DNA of 64,000 nucleotides from Andalucia godoyi And28 (Eukaryota > Protista > Jakobida): NCBI GenBank assembly GCA_009859145.1, contig VRVR01000017.1, positions 143,170 through 207,169 on the forward strand, given 5' to 3'. Both the position numbers and the translations under genes were made by a program. Under the pieces are notes generated by a model, which saw only the letters and a list, made by a program, of their open reading frames with translations, searched no databases and was not told the DNA's origin. Of the stretch, positions 54,387 to 64,000 are shown one piece after another (the stretch's first letter is position 1; every line of letters begins with the position of its first letter).

Positions 54387-55589
54387 TTACGAGCTCTTGC
54401 CAAGTTCAATCTTCTTCGTGATGGTGTTGATACCGTGATAGACCGCCCGATCAATCAGTGCAGCAAACGTGAAAATGCCACCGACAATCGCACACACAGA
54501 TGTCAAGAATGAAGCAAAGGTCTTTGATCGCTGGGAGATGTTCACGCGGATCGGAGAAATGTCATAGATGAAGAACACTCCTGGGTTAAAATGCGCATCC
54601 TTCGGAACATCGACCTGGCGAACATGTTCCGTGACCGAGTACTGGTTCGTCTCAAACGACGACCATCTGGAGTCCACGCGAGTAGGAACGACCTTGACAA
54701 AATATTGGAACTGCGCGACACCCTTTTCGACATTCGCTGCTGTCCGATCCAGAGGATTTATTTGTCCCGAGAACTGCTTTCCGAACGACAGACTGTTAAT
54801 CGTGTGCGTCATGTTGAAGTCCGCAAGCTCAAATGGCAAGAACTCGTTATTATCCTGGAACATGTTCTGGAACGCAGACGACGGCGTGAAATGCAAGTTT
54901 CCTGCGACTCTGTTCACTTTCATCGTACCTTTGATATTGCACCCCCGCTCTCTCGATCGTTTCATCTTGCGCTCCAGTGCATCCCGAACACACTGCTCAA
55001 CTTGCTCAGAAGGAATAAACGCCCAGCCTTTTGCGCGATACGCTGTCTTGACATCGTCGCAGGTATTGCAGCACGCCATTGTCTCGGATTCCGCACCAAA
55101 GCACGATCCGCAGTATCCTTCAGGGCGCGGCTGCCGTGCCTTTTCGAGAGCCTCCTTGATCTTGGAGTCTTCCATAAGTTCCATTTTCCGCGACTCCCCC
55201 GTGGATCTCATCTCCGTGTCTAAATCATGCTTTTCGATATCGTGCTCCACGGCAGAAGGCGAGTAGTGCTCTCCAGACATGTCAAAAGCACCAACAGTAA
55301 TCAAATCACAGCCCATGCGAGGAAACGTAATGTCGAAATTGATGGGAAGCTGGAGCCCCCGAGACGCATCCACAGTCAAGTGATCAACACGCTCCGAAGA
55401 CAAGTAATACATGAACTCTGAAATCACAAGAATCACAATCACAGCGATCGAAATTATCGAAATCGCTGCTCCGGAAACCGTCTTGACCCGAAAGTCCTCA
55501 ATCAGCTTTGGGTATGCATCGAGCGTCTTCAGACGTGTGCCAAGACCCGCAAACGATGCAAACGGAGACTTTCCTCCTCCAATCTGCAT
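54387..55589 (-). CDS. ERGIC3: ER-Golgi intermediate compartment protein 3 / Erv46
   Basis: LDAYPKLIEDFRVKTVSGA, YCGSCFGAE, CCNTCDDVKTAY..KGW, VNRVAGNLHF, FQYFVKVVPT, PGVFFIYDISPI, FLTSVCAIVGG, KKIELGK. Confidence 0.94.
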   Translation of the reverse strand: MQIGGGKSPFASFAGLGTRLKTLDAYPKLIEDFRVKTVSGAAISIISIAVIVILVISEFMYYLSSERVDHLTVDASRGLQLPINFDITFPRMGCDLITVGAFDMSGEHYSPSAVEHDIEKHDLDTEMRSTGESRKMELMEDSKIKEALEKARQPRPEGYCGSCFGAESETMACCNTCDDVKTAYRAKGWAFIPSEQVEQCVRDALERKMKRSRERGCNIKGTMKVNRVAGNLHFTPSSAFQNMFQDNNEFLPFELADFNMTHTINSLSFGKQFSGQINPLDRTAANVEKGVAQFQYFVKVVPTRVDSRWSSFETNQYSVTEHVRQVDVPKDAHFNPGVFFIYDISPIRVNISQRSKTFASFLTSVCAIVGGIFTFAALIDRAVYHGINTITKKIELGKSS

Positions 55590-56212
55590 TACCAGAAAAA
55601 TACAATTAATCGTAAGAACAACAACAGCGAATCAAAATATATATATATATATATATATGTAACAGTAATGGCTTCTTGTATATTTAAAAGCATTATTTTT
55701 GAATTTTAAAAACAGTTTTGCTGTTCCTATTGATGACGCAGCAGCATTCCTTTGGAGATGGGATAGTCCAGCCAAAGCGAAGGGTTTCAGCTGTCCTCGT
55801 CTACAGCAGATGGAGGTTCTTCCTCGTCCACTTCGACCTTTTTTCTCTTTCCGCTTGCATCTGTACAGAGAAGCAGATCACGTTAGACAAGTCATGATAT
55901 GCATTTAAAAGGTCGTGGCCGTGAAACGCAAGGGGCGGTGGTCAGTCGTGTGCACGGGAGGCTGTGCTTGTTCGCTGAGCAAAAGATGATCATTCGGAAA
56001 CATATCAGCTGCGAGGACGACAACAAGGTCCATCGTAGGCACCGGTGTCAAATTTTGGAACCCCCAGCTGTAGTAGAACTGGGGGTGTTTTTTGTTTTGT
56101 TTTTGGTGTTGTTTTGGAGTTCGGTTCGGTGAAGTGTGTCTGTGGACCAGTGGGTGACTTTTCACAAACACAGCGAGAAAATCGTGCGTCTATCCAATCA
56201 TCACTCAAAAGA

Positions 56213-56262
56213 GGACAGGACAGGACAGGACAGGACAGGACAGGACAGGACAGGACAGGACA
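56213..56262. repeat. (GGACA)10 pentanucleotide repeat just upstream of the ORC1 start
   Basis: Directly visible. Confidence 0.95.
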
Positions 56263-56280
56263 AGGGAGGAGAGCACAAGA

Positions 56281-58749
56281 ATGGCTCCCAAAAGAACAAG
56301 GAACGAAAGAGCAAATGCAAGGATGAAAAAGACGGAAAATGATGTCCTCGAGGATGCTTCGAGCAATGAAGATGATGAAGTGCAAAGAAAGAGAGCGAGA
56401 GTCGCGGTACACTCTGACGCGGAAGGCGTGATTCTGATAGAAGACGATGAGCGTATGGTAGTGGAGCGTTCGGAGGAGAGTGAGAGCGAGGGACCCCGAC
56501 ATTCGTATTCAACCCGACGAAACTCCAAAAGGTTGCAGCAACAAAATCAGGACCCGGAAACCACTGGAAATGCGCAGTCTGGGTCTGCTGCAGTACGTTT
56601 GGGCGACTCTGACTCGGAATCAGCCATTGATTCTGACGACATCAATGCCCGGAACGGCGATGTTTGCCTGAATGGAGTGTTCTGTGCAAAAAGGGATCTT
56701 TTACTGGAACAGGGAAAACGGAGGTATTACAGCGCACTGATGTTGAAAACTGGGATTGTTGTCTCACTGGGAGACTTTGTGTGTGTGGAGTCCGGGGATC
56801 CCGAGGTGGAGTACATTGCAATGATCGACCGTGTCTTCACAGTCAAGTCCGTTGCTGCAAAGCGCAGATGTCAGGTTCGCTGTCGGTGGTGCTTTCGGAG
56901 TCATGAGGCGGTTTCGAGCGATGGCTCGTATTTCGAACTTGGACATGACCGCGCAGAACTCATGATTTCGGACGTATTCAATTTGAATGCGGCTCACTTC
57001 ATAAAGAGATGCGTGGTGATGAAATGCCTTCCCTCTGTTACAGATGAAGAAAAGAGGAAGTTTGACCAGCTTTGCCGAAACCGAGCGCCGGATGAGTACT
57101 ACATTCGCTACGTGTACTTGCATGAAGTTGGTACAAGAATCCTCATTTCCCGCATTCCCGAAGACTCTCTGAATCCCTTCCGCCAATATGCGGTGATCCA
57201 GGACAATGGACTGAACAAGCCTGTCTGGGACGTATTAGATTCGAGGTGGAAGGATCTGTTTCCTCTTGGCGAATATGACAACGGACCGTTTGACTTTGAA
57301 GACAGTCTCGGTCGCGGAATGGTCCAAGCGCAGCCGAAGGAATCAAGGGAAGAGCATGACAAATCTGCTGCCCGTGCGGCTCTTGAAAAGATCAAGACTG
57401 TGGGAAATTCCATCGAGGCCCCCAAGGATTTGACGGCGGTTCCGACTGTCGACCGCTACAATCTTGCAAAGAAACAGCTCCAGTTAAGTTCGGTCCCGGA
57501 TAAATTGGAGTGTAGAAACGAGGAACGACGCATCATTTTGGACTTCTTGGTGTCCAAGCTGGAAAACACAGGCGAGGGGGGCGTTATGTACATTGCCGGG
57601 CTTCCGGGAACCGGCAAGACGGCCACTGTTCTGGAGTGCGTGAGAAAGTTACAGGGTGCCCATGAAATGGGCGAGTGCCCACCATTCCAGTTTGTTCACG
57701 TGAACGGCATGGCGCTTTCCGATCCAACCCAGCTTTATCGGATTCTGTACAATGCCATCACTGGCAAAACCGTGTTTCCAGCTCATGCAGGCGAATTGCT
57801 GGAGAAAATGTTTCGAGCACAGTCTGCAAAACGAGTCTGCTGTGTGCTCTTGATAGACGAGCTGGATCAAATCGTTACGAAGGGAATCCGGGTGATCTAC
57901 AACATGGTTGAATGGTCCATTCGCCCTTTTTCTCAACTGGTTCTGGTTTCCATTGCGAACACGATGGACTTGCCAGAGCGTCTTCTTCCGCGGATTGCGT
58001 CTCGCTTCGGCACATCGCGCATTCAGTTCGCCCCCTATTCCCAGCCTCAGCTTGTCCAAATCCTGGTTTCGCGCATTGCGGACACTTTTGTATTTGACCC
58101 GGCATCCATCGATTTCATTTCTCAAAAGGTTGCGCAGCTTGGAGACTGTCGCCGTGCACTGCATCTGTGTTCACTGGCAGTCGACTCTGCAATGAGAGAA
58201 TGGAAGCGGTTCGGTCGTTCTTCTTCTCCTGTTCTCGTGTCCGTCAAACACGTGGACGAAGCTCTTGTGCAGATGGCGCTTTCTGCACGTGTTCTTGTGA
58301 GCGCTATTCGAGATTTGCCGCTGCTCGCAAAACGCGTTCTTTGCCAGCTTGCGAACCTGTCAATGATCCAAAAGGACAACTTTGGGGCGGGGGCGTCGGA
58401 TTACATACGAATTGACTCGCTTTGTGACCGTGTCTTGTCGTTTTATGTTGGCCAGGACCGAAAGCAGGCGTCCGTCTCAAGGGTGGATGTGTATCATGTG
58501 ATTCACCAACCGTTGCAATCCATGAACTTGGTGCATGTCTCGACGTCTGCCACGGAAATGGGTTCTGTCGGCGACTCTGCCAGCACAACGATCAAATTCA
58601 AGTCCGTCGTCAGGAAGGACCGCTCGGAAAATGCCCTTCCCAAAGTCCGTCTCCTTCTCGATGTTCTCGAATTGAAACGATGTTTCGGTGAAGATCCGGA
58701 CCCAGGATGTGCACTCAAGGACCCTGCAACATCTGGAATTCGTCGGTAA
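56281..58749 (+). CDS. ORC1: Origin recognition complex subunit 1
   Basis: BAH-like domain (VSLGDFVCV..EYIAMID..CRWCFR), LQLSSVPDKLECR, YIAGLPGTGKTATV, VNGMALSDP, LLIDELD, IANTMDLPERL, RIQFAPYS. Confidence 0.9.
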   Translation: MAPKRTRNERANARMKKTENDVLEDASSNEDDEVQRKRARVAVHSDAEGVILIEDDERMVVERSEESESEGPRHSYSTRRNSKRLQQQNQDPETTGNAQSGSAAVRLGDSDSESAIDSDDINARNGDVCLNGVFCAKRDLLLEQGKRRYYSALMLKTGIVVSLGDFVCVESGDPEVEYIAMIDRVFTVKSVAAKRRCQVRCRWCFRSHEAVSSDGSYFELGHDRAELMISDVFNLNAAHFIKRCVVMKCLPSVTDEEKRKFDQLCRNRAPDEYYIRYVYLHEVGTRILISRIPEDSLNPFRQYAVIQDNGLNKPVWDVLDSRWKDLFPLGEYDNGPFDFEDSLGRGMVQAQPKESREEHDKSAARAALEKIKTVGNSIEAPKDLTAVPTVDRYNLAKKQLQLSSVPDKLECRNEERRIILDFLVSKLENTGEGGVMYIAGLPGTGKTATVLECVRKLQGAHEMGECPPFQFVHVNGMALSDPTQLYRILYNAITGKTVFPAHAGELLEKMFRAQSAKRVCCVLLIDELDQIVTKGIRVIYNMVEWSIRPFSQLVLVSIANTMDLPERLLPRIASRFGTSRIQFAPYSQPQLVQILVSRIADTFVFDPASIDFISQKVAQLGDCRRALHLCSLAVDSAMREWKRFGRSSSPVLVSVKHVDEALVQMALSARVLVSAIRDLPLLAKRVLCQLANLSMIQKDNFGAGASDYIRIDSLCDRVLSFYVGQDRKQASVSRVDVYHVIHQPLQSMNLVHVSTSATEMGSVGDSASTTIKFKSVVRKDRSENALPKVRLLLDVLELKRCFGEDPDPGCALKDPATSGIRR

Positions 58750-58768
58750 ATGACTTGTTTTCCCTCTC

Positions 58769-58799
<31 letters not shown>

Positions 58800-59131
58800 T
58801 TTCTTTTTCTTTTTTCCCGCCCGCGCTGTGCGTTCGGGGTTCCGCACCGTTCCCGATCGAAGTGTTTCCCAAACGTACGTGTGGGCTGATCTCTTCAACT
58901 GCGCCACAAACTGGAAGCTTTGTACGACCACTGCTGCGCTGCATGCGAAATACAGTTGCGACTTGCCTCTCCACTGAATCCACTGAACGAGAAGGTCGCC
59001 AACGCTGGAATGGCGGGGGGATGAAATGGAATCAATGGAAGAAAATAAGCCCTGTGCGCTCTTTGTGTTTCTTTGTTGCTGCTTTCATTCCTAGCATTGC
59101 TACTCTTACATACATCCTCCGACTTTTGCAA

Positions 59132-60145
59132 ATGCCGCGATACGAACCGGGGGAAATTAATCATCCTTCTGCAACGCTGACTCCGCATGGCTCCCGGAGT
59201 CCGAGGCAGCCGATGCACATCTCTCACATGTCGCTGGGAGATCATTCCATAGACCAAGACGCTCCAAGTTTATTCCCCGAAAGCTTCATGACGGAGAAAC
59301 ATTCGCTTTTTGATGATGGTGAAGGGGGATTGCAGGGCCCGCTGCTATCCCGATTGGGCTCCAACCCATCAGAACAAGATGTTGGGGCAACGGCAGCAGA
59401 AGACGCTGCGAAGCAGTCCTTGCTGGCAGGAGCGCTGCACATTGTACTGCGGCACCCAGACATGGTTTCAATGTACACGAACCTCATTGCGTTGGGAAGG
59501 TTAACGGGGTGCAACATTGAGTTTGAGGAAACGTGTGCTAATCGGCCAGCGGTGGATTCGAATCCTCAAGGGCCAGGCGCCGTGCTGGATTCCCACTGCG
59601 CACCTCTTCCAGACATCATCGAGTCCATTCCCAGGGACGTTGCCGTAGCCCAGTCTCGGGAAAAGCCCTCGTCGTCCAGAGTCGTGCAACGGTGCCACAG
59701 TCAGTTTGGGTTGTCCTCGACGGACTTGCGATCCGGTCACGTGGTGCTGAAAGCTTGGCCTGGCCTGCCGTGTGAGGCTCTGGTGCCGCTCATTGTCTTG
59801 GAGTTTCTCAATCTATCCGATAAGTACGGAGAACTGGGTGAAATTAATGAAAGCCACCGTTCGTCTTCCAAGGCATGTGAGACATGCACCAAACGGATCC
59901 AGCGTCTGATTCTTTGCCAGGAGAAGACGGTTGACAGCATCATTCATGACGGGATTCAACAGTACGAATGGCCCTCCAAGATAGCGATATATTCGTTTTC
60001 ATCTCTTCGGCAGCGCAACTTGCTGTCGCAGTTCCTGCAAGAGTATGCAGAGCACTGCTGCCAGTGCTTGGACCGAAGTGAGCTGAACTTCGCACGACCG
60101 TTTGAAACTCCGCATCGCTCGATGGAAGCAATAGGTAAATGGTAA
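59132..60145 (+). CDS. Hypothetical protein (about 337 aa; frame open from 58862)
   Basis: Long ORF; no recognised family; start uncertain. Confidence 0.5.
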   Translation: MPRYEPGEINHPSATLTPHGSRSPRQPMHISHMSLGDHSIDQDAPSLFPESFMTEKHSLFDDGEGGLQGPLLSRLGSNPSEQDVGATAAEDAAKQSLLAGALHIVLRHPDMVSMYTNLIALGRLTGCNIEFEETCANRPAVDSNPQGPGAVLDSHCAPLPDIIESIPRDVAVAQSREKPSSSRVVQRCHSQFGLSSTDLRSGHVVLKAWPGLPCEALVPLIVLEFLNLSDKYGELGEINESHRSSSKACETCTKRIQRLILCQEKTVDSIIHDGIQQYEWPSKIAIYSFSSLRQRNLLSQFLQEYAEHCCQCLDRSELNFARPFETPHRSMEAIGKW

Positions 60146-60453
60146 AACTTCCCTTCCCTTCCCTTCCCTTCCCTTCTCCCAGAAAAAACTCGATCTCTCC
60201 AGTCAATTAATTGTGTTTTCGGTTAGAAAACGAGCAACGACTTTTTTTTTTTTTTTTGGTGAACGGAACGGACAAAGCACAAGACATGGCAGAACGCCTT
60301 TTCTTACCACCACCCCCCCTCCAAAAAATAAAAGAAAGGAATAATAAAAGAAAAAGAAAGAAAGAAAAAGTGATAAGCAACGACAATTATATAATATGAA
60401 TCAACATGTTAAAAACAACCGGACCTTCAGAGAAGAACCGATTTTTTTTAAAT

Positions 60454-61470
60454 TTAAATTTGCTGGAGTTCTGTGTCGCCTTCTCCCGTGCCTGCGGATG
60501 GAACCGCGGATCTCCGTGACCGAGCTTCTTCGTCGTCTTCGTCTTGGAATTGGGTATGAACGATCCGTGGTGCATTCCCAATTACGGACGTCTTGTCGTG
60601 CCTCTGCAGCACACACAGATAAAACAGCAAGAGACCAAAGAGCGGTGTCTTCCGAACCTCTGCCATCAGCTTCTTGTTTGCGCCATACAGGAATGCATTC
60701 ACAATTCCCTGCATCCTCGTAAACATCACAAAGATGACATGCATCCAAAACAGATACGAGTTTGGATTAGCAAACTCGTATAACCGCACAATCGACGGAA
60801 AGAACCACACCAGAAACAGCACAACGGGATATCCACCAAGTCTTTTGAAAGCTCGGTGACCACGTTCCAGCAGGTTCTTTTGTGCAGTGAGCGAAAGCTC
60901 CGTTTTGGACAAGTGGTTTAACCGCTTCTTCGACAGCACAGCGACGACAGCAAAGAGAATAAAAGAAAGCCAAAGCCACAGATAGAAGAACACAAACTGG
61001 TCAAGCGGATCTGGAATGAAACAGAATGCGCCAGTGTCTTCTCCGAGTTTTCGAGTTCCCAGTGCACTGATGGACAGAATCAGTGGCGCCCCCCAGCAAA
61101 GAACATGCCATGCTCTCGAGTAGTCCGCAACATCCGTAAATGGCTTATAGATGATAATCAGCATTGTCAAGCTCACGGCAATCGTCCAGAAAATAGAAGC
61201 AAGCTGGAAAACAAGGAAAAGAAACGCCTGCGATTGACAAACCGCCGAAGAAGTGTCTGTTTGCGGACCGAAGAAAGATGGAGCATAAGACAAAAGGTTG
61301 GCTAATGCAAGAATCTCGACGTATTGCATTGATCTGTGATGAATTTTCTTGAACCGACGATACGAAATAATCATGAATAAGCATCCTGCAATAGAAAAGA
61401 CTGCAAATATCATCCCAATTACCGCCAAAGCGTCATTTTCAGACTGTGTAAATGGTTCGTCGTTCGACAT
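60454..61470 (-). CDS. 7TM GPCR of the cAMP-receptor-like (CAR/GCR1) type
   Basis: Seven hydrophobic segments; FSIAGCLFMI, CQSQAFL, ASIFWT, CWGAPL, FCFI, YPVVLFLVWFFPSIVR, QGIVNAFLYG. Confidence 0.85.
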   Translation of the reverse strand: MSNDEPFTQSENDALAVIGMIFAVFSIAGCLFMIISYRRFKKIHHRSMQYVEILALANLLSYAPSFFGPQTDTSSAVCQSQAFLFLVFQLASIFWTIAVSLTMLIIIYKPFTDVADYSRAWHVLCWGAPLILSISALGTRKLGEDTGAFCFIPDPLDQFVFFYLWLWLSFILFAVVAVLSKKRLNHLSKTELSLTAQKNLLERGHRAFKRLGGYPVVLFLVWFFPSIVRLYEFANPNSYLFWMHVIFVMFTRMQGIVNAFLYGANKKLMAEVRKTPLFGLLLFYLCVLQRHDKTSVIGNAPRIVHTQFQDEDDEEARSRRSAVPSAGTGEGDTELQQI

Positions 61471-61585
61471 TCACTCTTTTCTGTACCAAAAATTTTGCGA
61501 GTCCTCCCTGATTCAAATAAAACTGAATGAATGAGCAGAAACGTCCAAAGAAACCCACAATACAAAAGACCTTCTGAGAAAATCC

Positions 61586-61645
61586 CACACTCGCACACTC
61601 GCACACTCGCACACTCGCACACTCGCACACACACACACACACACA
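61586..61645. repeat. (CACACTCG)n octamer repeat grading into (CA)n
   Basis: Directly visible, upstream of the GPCR. Confidence 0.9.
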
Positions 61646-62042
61646 CAAAAGAAAAAACAAATCAACAACAACCACCAAAAGGAAACCAAAAGCAAGAGAA
61701 AACAAAAACAAGATTGGCGAAAAATTAAAATAACAATACGACGAGGACAACGGATATCGGAAACAAGGATTTACTGGAAACGACGGACAGTCTTGTGCGA
61801 GCGGAAAGGGGTAAAATCAATTATTAAAAAAAACAGAAAAATGAGTAAGAAGACCGTAGTTGGTGTGGCGAACAACCATTGTCTTTGTGCTCGGTTTTTT
61901 TTTTAAAATTTAAATTTCTTATTATTGTTACTTTTTTTGTTTATTATTATTATTATTATTATTATTGGTTATGTTGATCTTGTTCAGCATGAAGCACGGA
62001 GAAAGACATGGAGAGTCAGTGGGTAATGTTGTGTTCTTCTTT

Positions 62043-63026
62043 TTACGTACCGGTACCGAGTTGGATGTGTTGCTGCATTTTGCGGGTGATTTGGAGCATC
62101 AGAGCGGGATGTTCAAGATTCGGATAGTGACCGGTTTTTTCGAGGACAATCATCTGCGCGTGCGGCACAAGCTTCAGAAAGTCCAGTGGATCTGTGCAGT
62201 TGTGCGTTCGATCCGACTTTCCCCACATGCACACAATGGGAATGTTCTCTGGAACGACGCAGCACTGCTCCGCGGTCAGCTCGAGTCCGTGAACCAAGGT
62301 GGCGAGGCAGAAACACCCGTTATCTTCAAGCGCACTACACGACATCTTCTTGAACGAGTCATAGTGCGAACTTCCTTTTTCGAGCGCGGCCTTGAACCAC
62401 CGTTTCGGAATGGTTTCTTTCACCAAGAAGACGATGATCTGAGATAGAATTGGAATTCGCAGATATCCGTCAATATTCACATTGATCCATTTGCGCATTC
62501 CGACAACACTTGGGGTCTGACCAAGAATCAACCCAGACACCAAGTGCGGGTTCCTCTTTGCAAACGCAAGCGCATACAGTCCGTTCGCGCACGTTGCACT
62601 GACGATTGCTTTTGAGAGCCCCATTTTCTCGAATACTTCTTGCACAGTAATGCAAAACTGATCCACGCGGTGGTGGTATCGATACGAGGGAAACGAAAAT
62701 CCAAAACCCGGCGGATCCATCACAACGACTCGGTGACCGCTTTCATTGAACATTTGCACCAGTGGTATAAAACTCTCAATGACCACAGGCCCGTCAGCAA
62801 TCATGAACAGCGTGCATTTCCCAGCAGTGTCGTTTGCGGTAGACAGAGAATCCAGAATCCTGATTCTTCCGTACGACGTACACAATTCCGAAAACGGGCG
62901 ATCTGAACGTCGACCTGCCTTCATCCTGCACCGATGCGACACATAAAGAAGAAAGTCTGTCAGCGCAGCCAACGGCAAGAACATCGTCAGCACAAACCGC
63001 ACAAGCCGAGAACCCACACAACCCAT
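62043..63026 (-). CDS. Alpha/beta-fold hydrolase with Cys at the nucleophile elbow
   Basis: RVVVMDPPGFGFS, elbow ATCANG instead of GxSxG, WGKSD acid, GHYPNLE His; start MGCVGSR at 63026. Confidence 0.85.
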   Translation of the reverse strand: MGCVGSRLVRFVLTMFLPLAALTDFLLYVSHRCRMKAGRRSDRPFSELCTSYGRIRILDSLSTANDTAGKCTLFMIADGPVVIESFIPLVQMFNESGHRVVVMDPPGFGFSFPSYRYHHRVDQFCITVQEVFEKMGLSKAIVSATCANGLYALAFAKRNPHLVSGLILGQTPSVVGMRKWINVNIDGYLRIPILSQIIVFLVKETIPKRWFKAALEKGSSHYDSFKKMSCSALEDNGCFCLATLVHGLELTAEQCCVVPENIPIVCMWGKSDRTHNCTDPLDFLKLVPHAQMIVLEKTGHYPNLEHPALMLQITRKMQQHIQLGTGT

Positions 63027-63068
63027 TATCGATTTCAAAGACTTGGACGAAAAAAATACAAAAGCAAC

Positions 63069-63069
<1 letters not shown>

Positions 63070-63112
<43 letters not shown>
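63070..63112. repeat. (CAA)n microsatellite
   Basis: Directly visible; produces the spurious poly-C/L/Q ORF extensions. Confidence 0.95.
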
Positions 63113-63113
<1 letters not shown>

Positions 63114-63434
63114 CACAGTAAGAAATTCGTTACGTTTGCGGCCTCCTCAGTCCTTGCGCAGATCTCCAAATAAGTTTGTCAAAAAAACGGGGAAAGATCG
63201 GGAAAATAAAACTCCCGAACTGCATCGATTCTGCATATATATTTTTTGTTCCGCTTGCCCGACTGAAGAGAAGCGGAGGATTATTGCCGAACACTCTCCG
63301 AATTCCCGATTTGCTCATGCCGCTGCAAAATTCCTTTTGCGATCAATTTTTCTGTACCAACAACAAGCCAACGAAAGTGGAAATGGTCGATGACTTTTGT
63401 GCATGTCTATACATATCTAACACAGGAAAGCATT

Positions 63435-63913
63435 TCAAGTCCGAGAAAAGAGATGGGAACGCCGTTCGAGAGGCATCTGCCATTGCAGATCCTTCATTGG
63501 GACAGGTACAGAAACATCATCGACCAGTCGAAAGATGGATTGGTTTCGAAAGATTCGCTCTCGATGATCCTTAAGACTATGGGAAGTGATGCAGTGAGTT
63601 ATGCAAATTCAAGAACAAGTACAGTTTGCAGAAATACGAAGACGCAGCAGCGAGCGAGAAAGCGAGCGAGAGACTTCGGGAACATACGATTTTGTAATAG
63701 AATCCTGGGGTTTGGGGATGATCGCAGTGTTGCTGTCTATCTTGTCATAAAGAGATTTCAACGTTCCTCCGTTCTGGTTTAGTAGAAATGCGCCGCGGAC
63801 AGGCCCAATCCCGTCTAGGCCCCGAATACCATCTGCCGCGTCGCCCATCAACGCTTGCAAATCCACAAATTGATCAGGCATGATGTGAAACTTGTGTCGA
63901 ACATATGCATCCA
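63435..63913 (-). CDS. 3' part of a DNA polymerase I-type 5'-3' exonuclease/flap nuclease (exons 63913-63688, 63576-63435; 5' exons beyond the window)
   Basis: H3TH motif PDQFVDLQALMGDAADGIRGLDGIGPVRGAFLL..GGTLKSLY, spliced to LKDHRERIFRNQSIFRLVDDVSVP; phase-consistent GTATGT intron. Confidence 0.82.
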
Positions 63914-63930
63914 CTAAAACACGTACACAC

Positions 63931-63935
<5 letters not shown>

Positions 63936-63984
<49 letters not shown>
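63936..63984. repeat. (AG)n microsatellite in an intron
   Basis: Directly visible. Confidence 0.95.
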
Positions 63985-63988
<4 letters not shown>

Positions 63989-64000
63989 AGAAAGAAAGAA

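Noticed and set aside
56213-56262. Tandem repeats as a CRISPR-like array
   Set aside because: No unique spacers; simple microsatellites in a eukaryotic genome.
62794-63173. Poly-Cys/Leu/Gln/Thr ORFs
   Set aside because: Translation artefacts of the (CAA)n microsatellite.

Overview
Gene-dense, intron-poor eukaryotic (protist-like) DNA with about 25 protein-coding genes, short GTATGY...AG introns, many microsatellites and one solitary 5S rRNA gene. No tRNA or CRISPR array was seen. Recognisable genes: transglutaminase-like protease, HMG-CoA lyase, VPS28, PTEN-like phosphatase, intronless cytoplasmic dynein-1 heavy chain, RPP21, AP-3 mu, RPL28, PET127, TPLATE (TSET), cathepsin L-like protease, exportin-7, DCAF4-like WD40, AIF, Osm1/Frd-like fumarate reductase, ABHD13, ERGIC3, ORC1, a cAMP-receptor-like GPCR and a Pol I-type 5' nuclease (partial). 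The most striking signal is a family of three short Fanzor2/IS607-TnpB-derived elements (about 3641-4093, 39547-39994 and 25361-25905). Two share the same internal deletion, which fuses the N-terminal HTH to the terminal IDRDxNGARNI RuvC motif, and the same frameshift. All three keep a 3' region with covarying hairpins, and two keep a putative pseudoknot, as expected for an omega-RNA scaffold. They look like mobilised non-autonomous guide-RNA cassettes. Other highlights: a secreted HAD 5'-nucleotidase/NTPDase fusion, a second structured dispersed repeat, convergent genes whose stop codons abut or overlap, and an inverted telomere-like motif pair upstream of RPL28. All calls are by-eye motif recognition; no database search was run and the organism is not identified.
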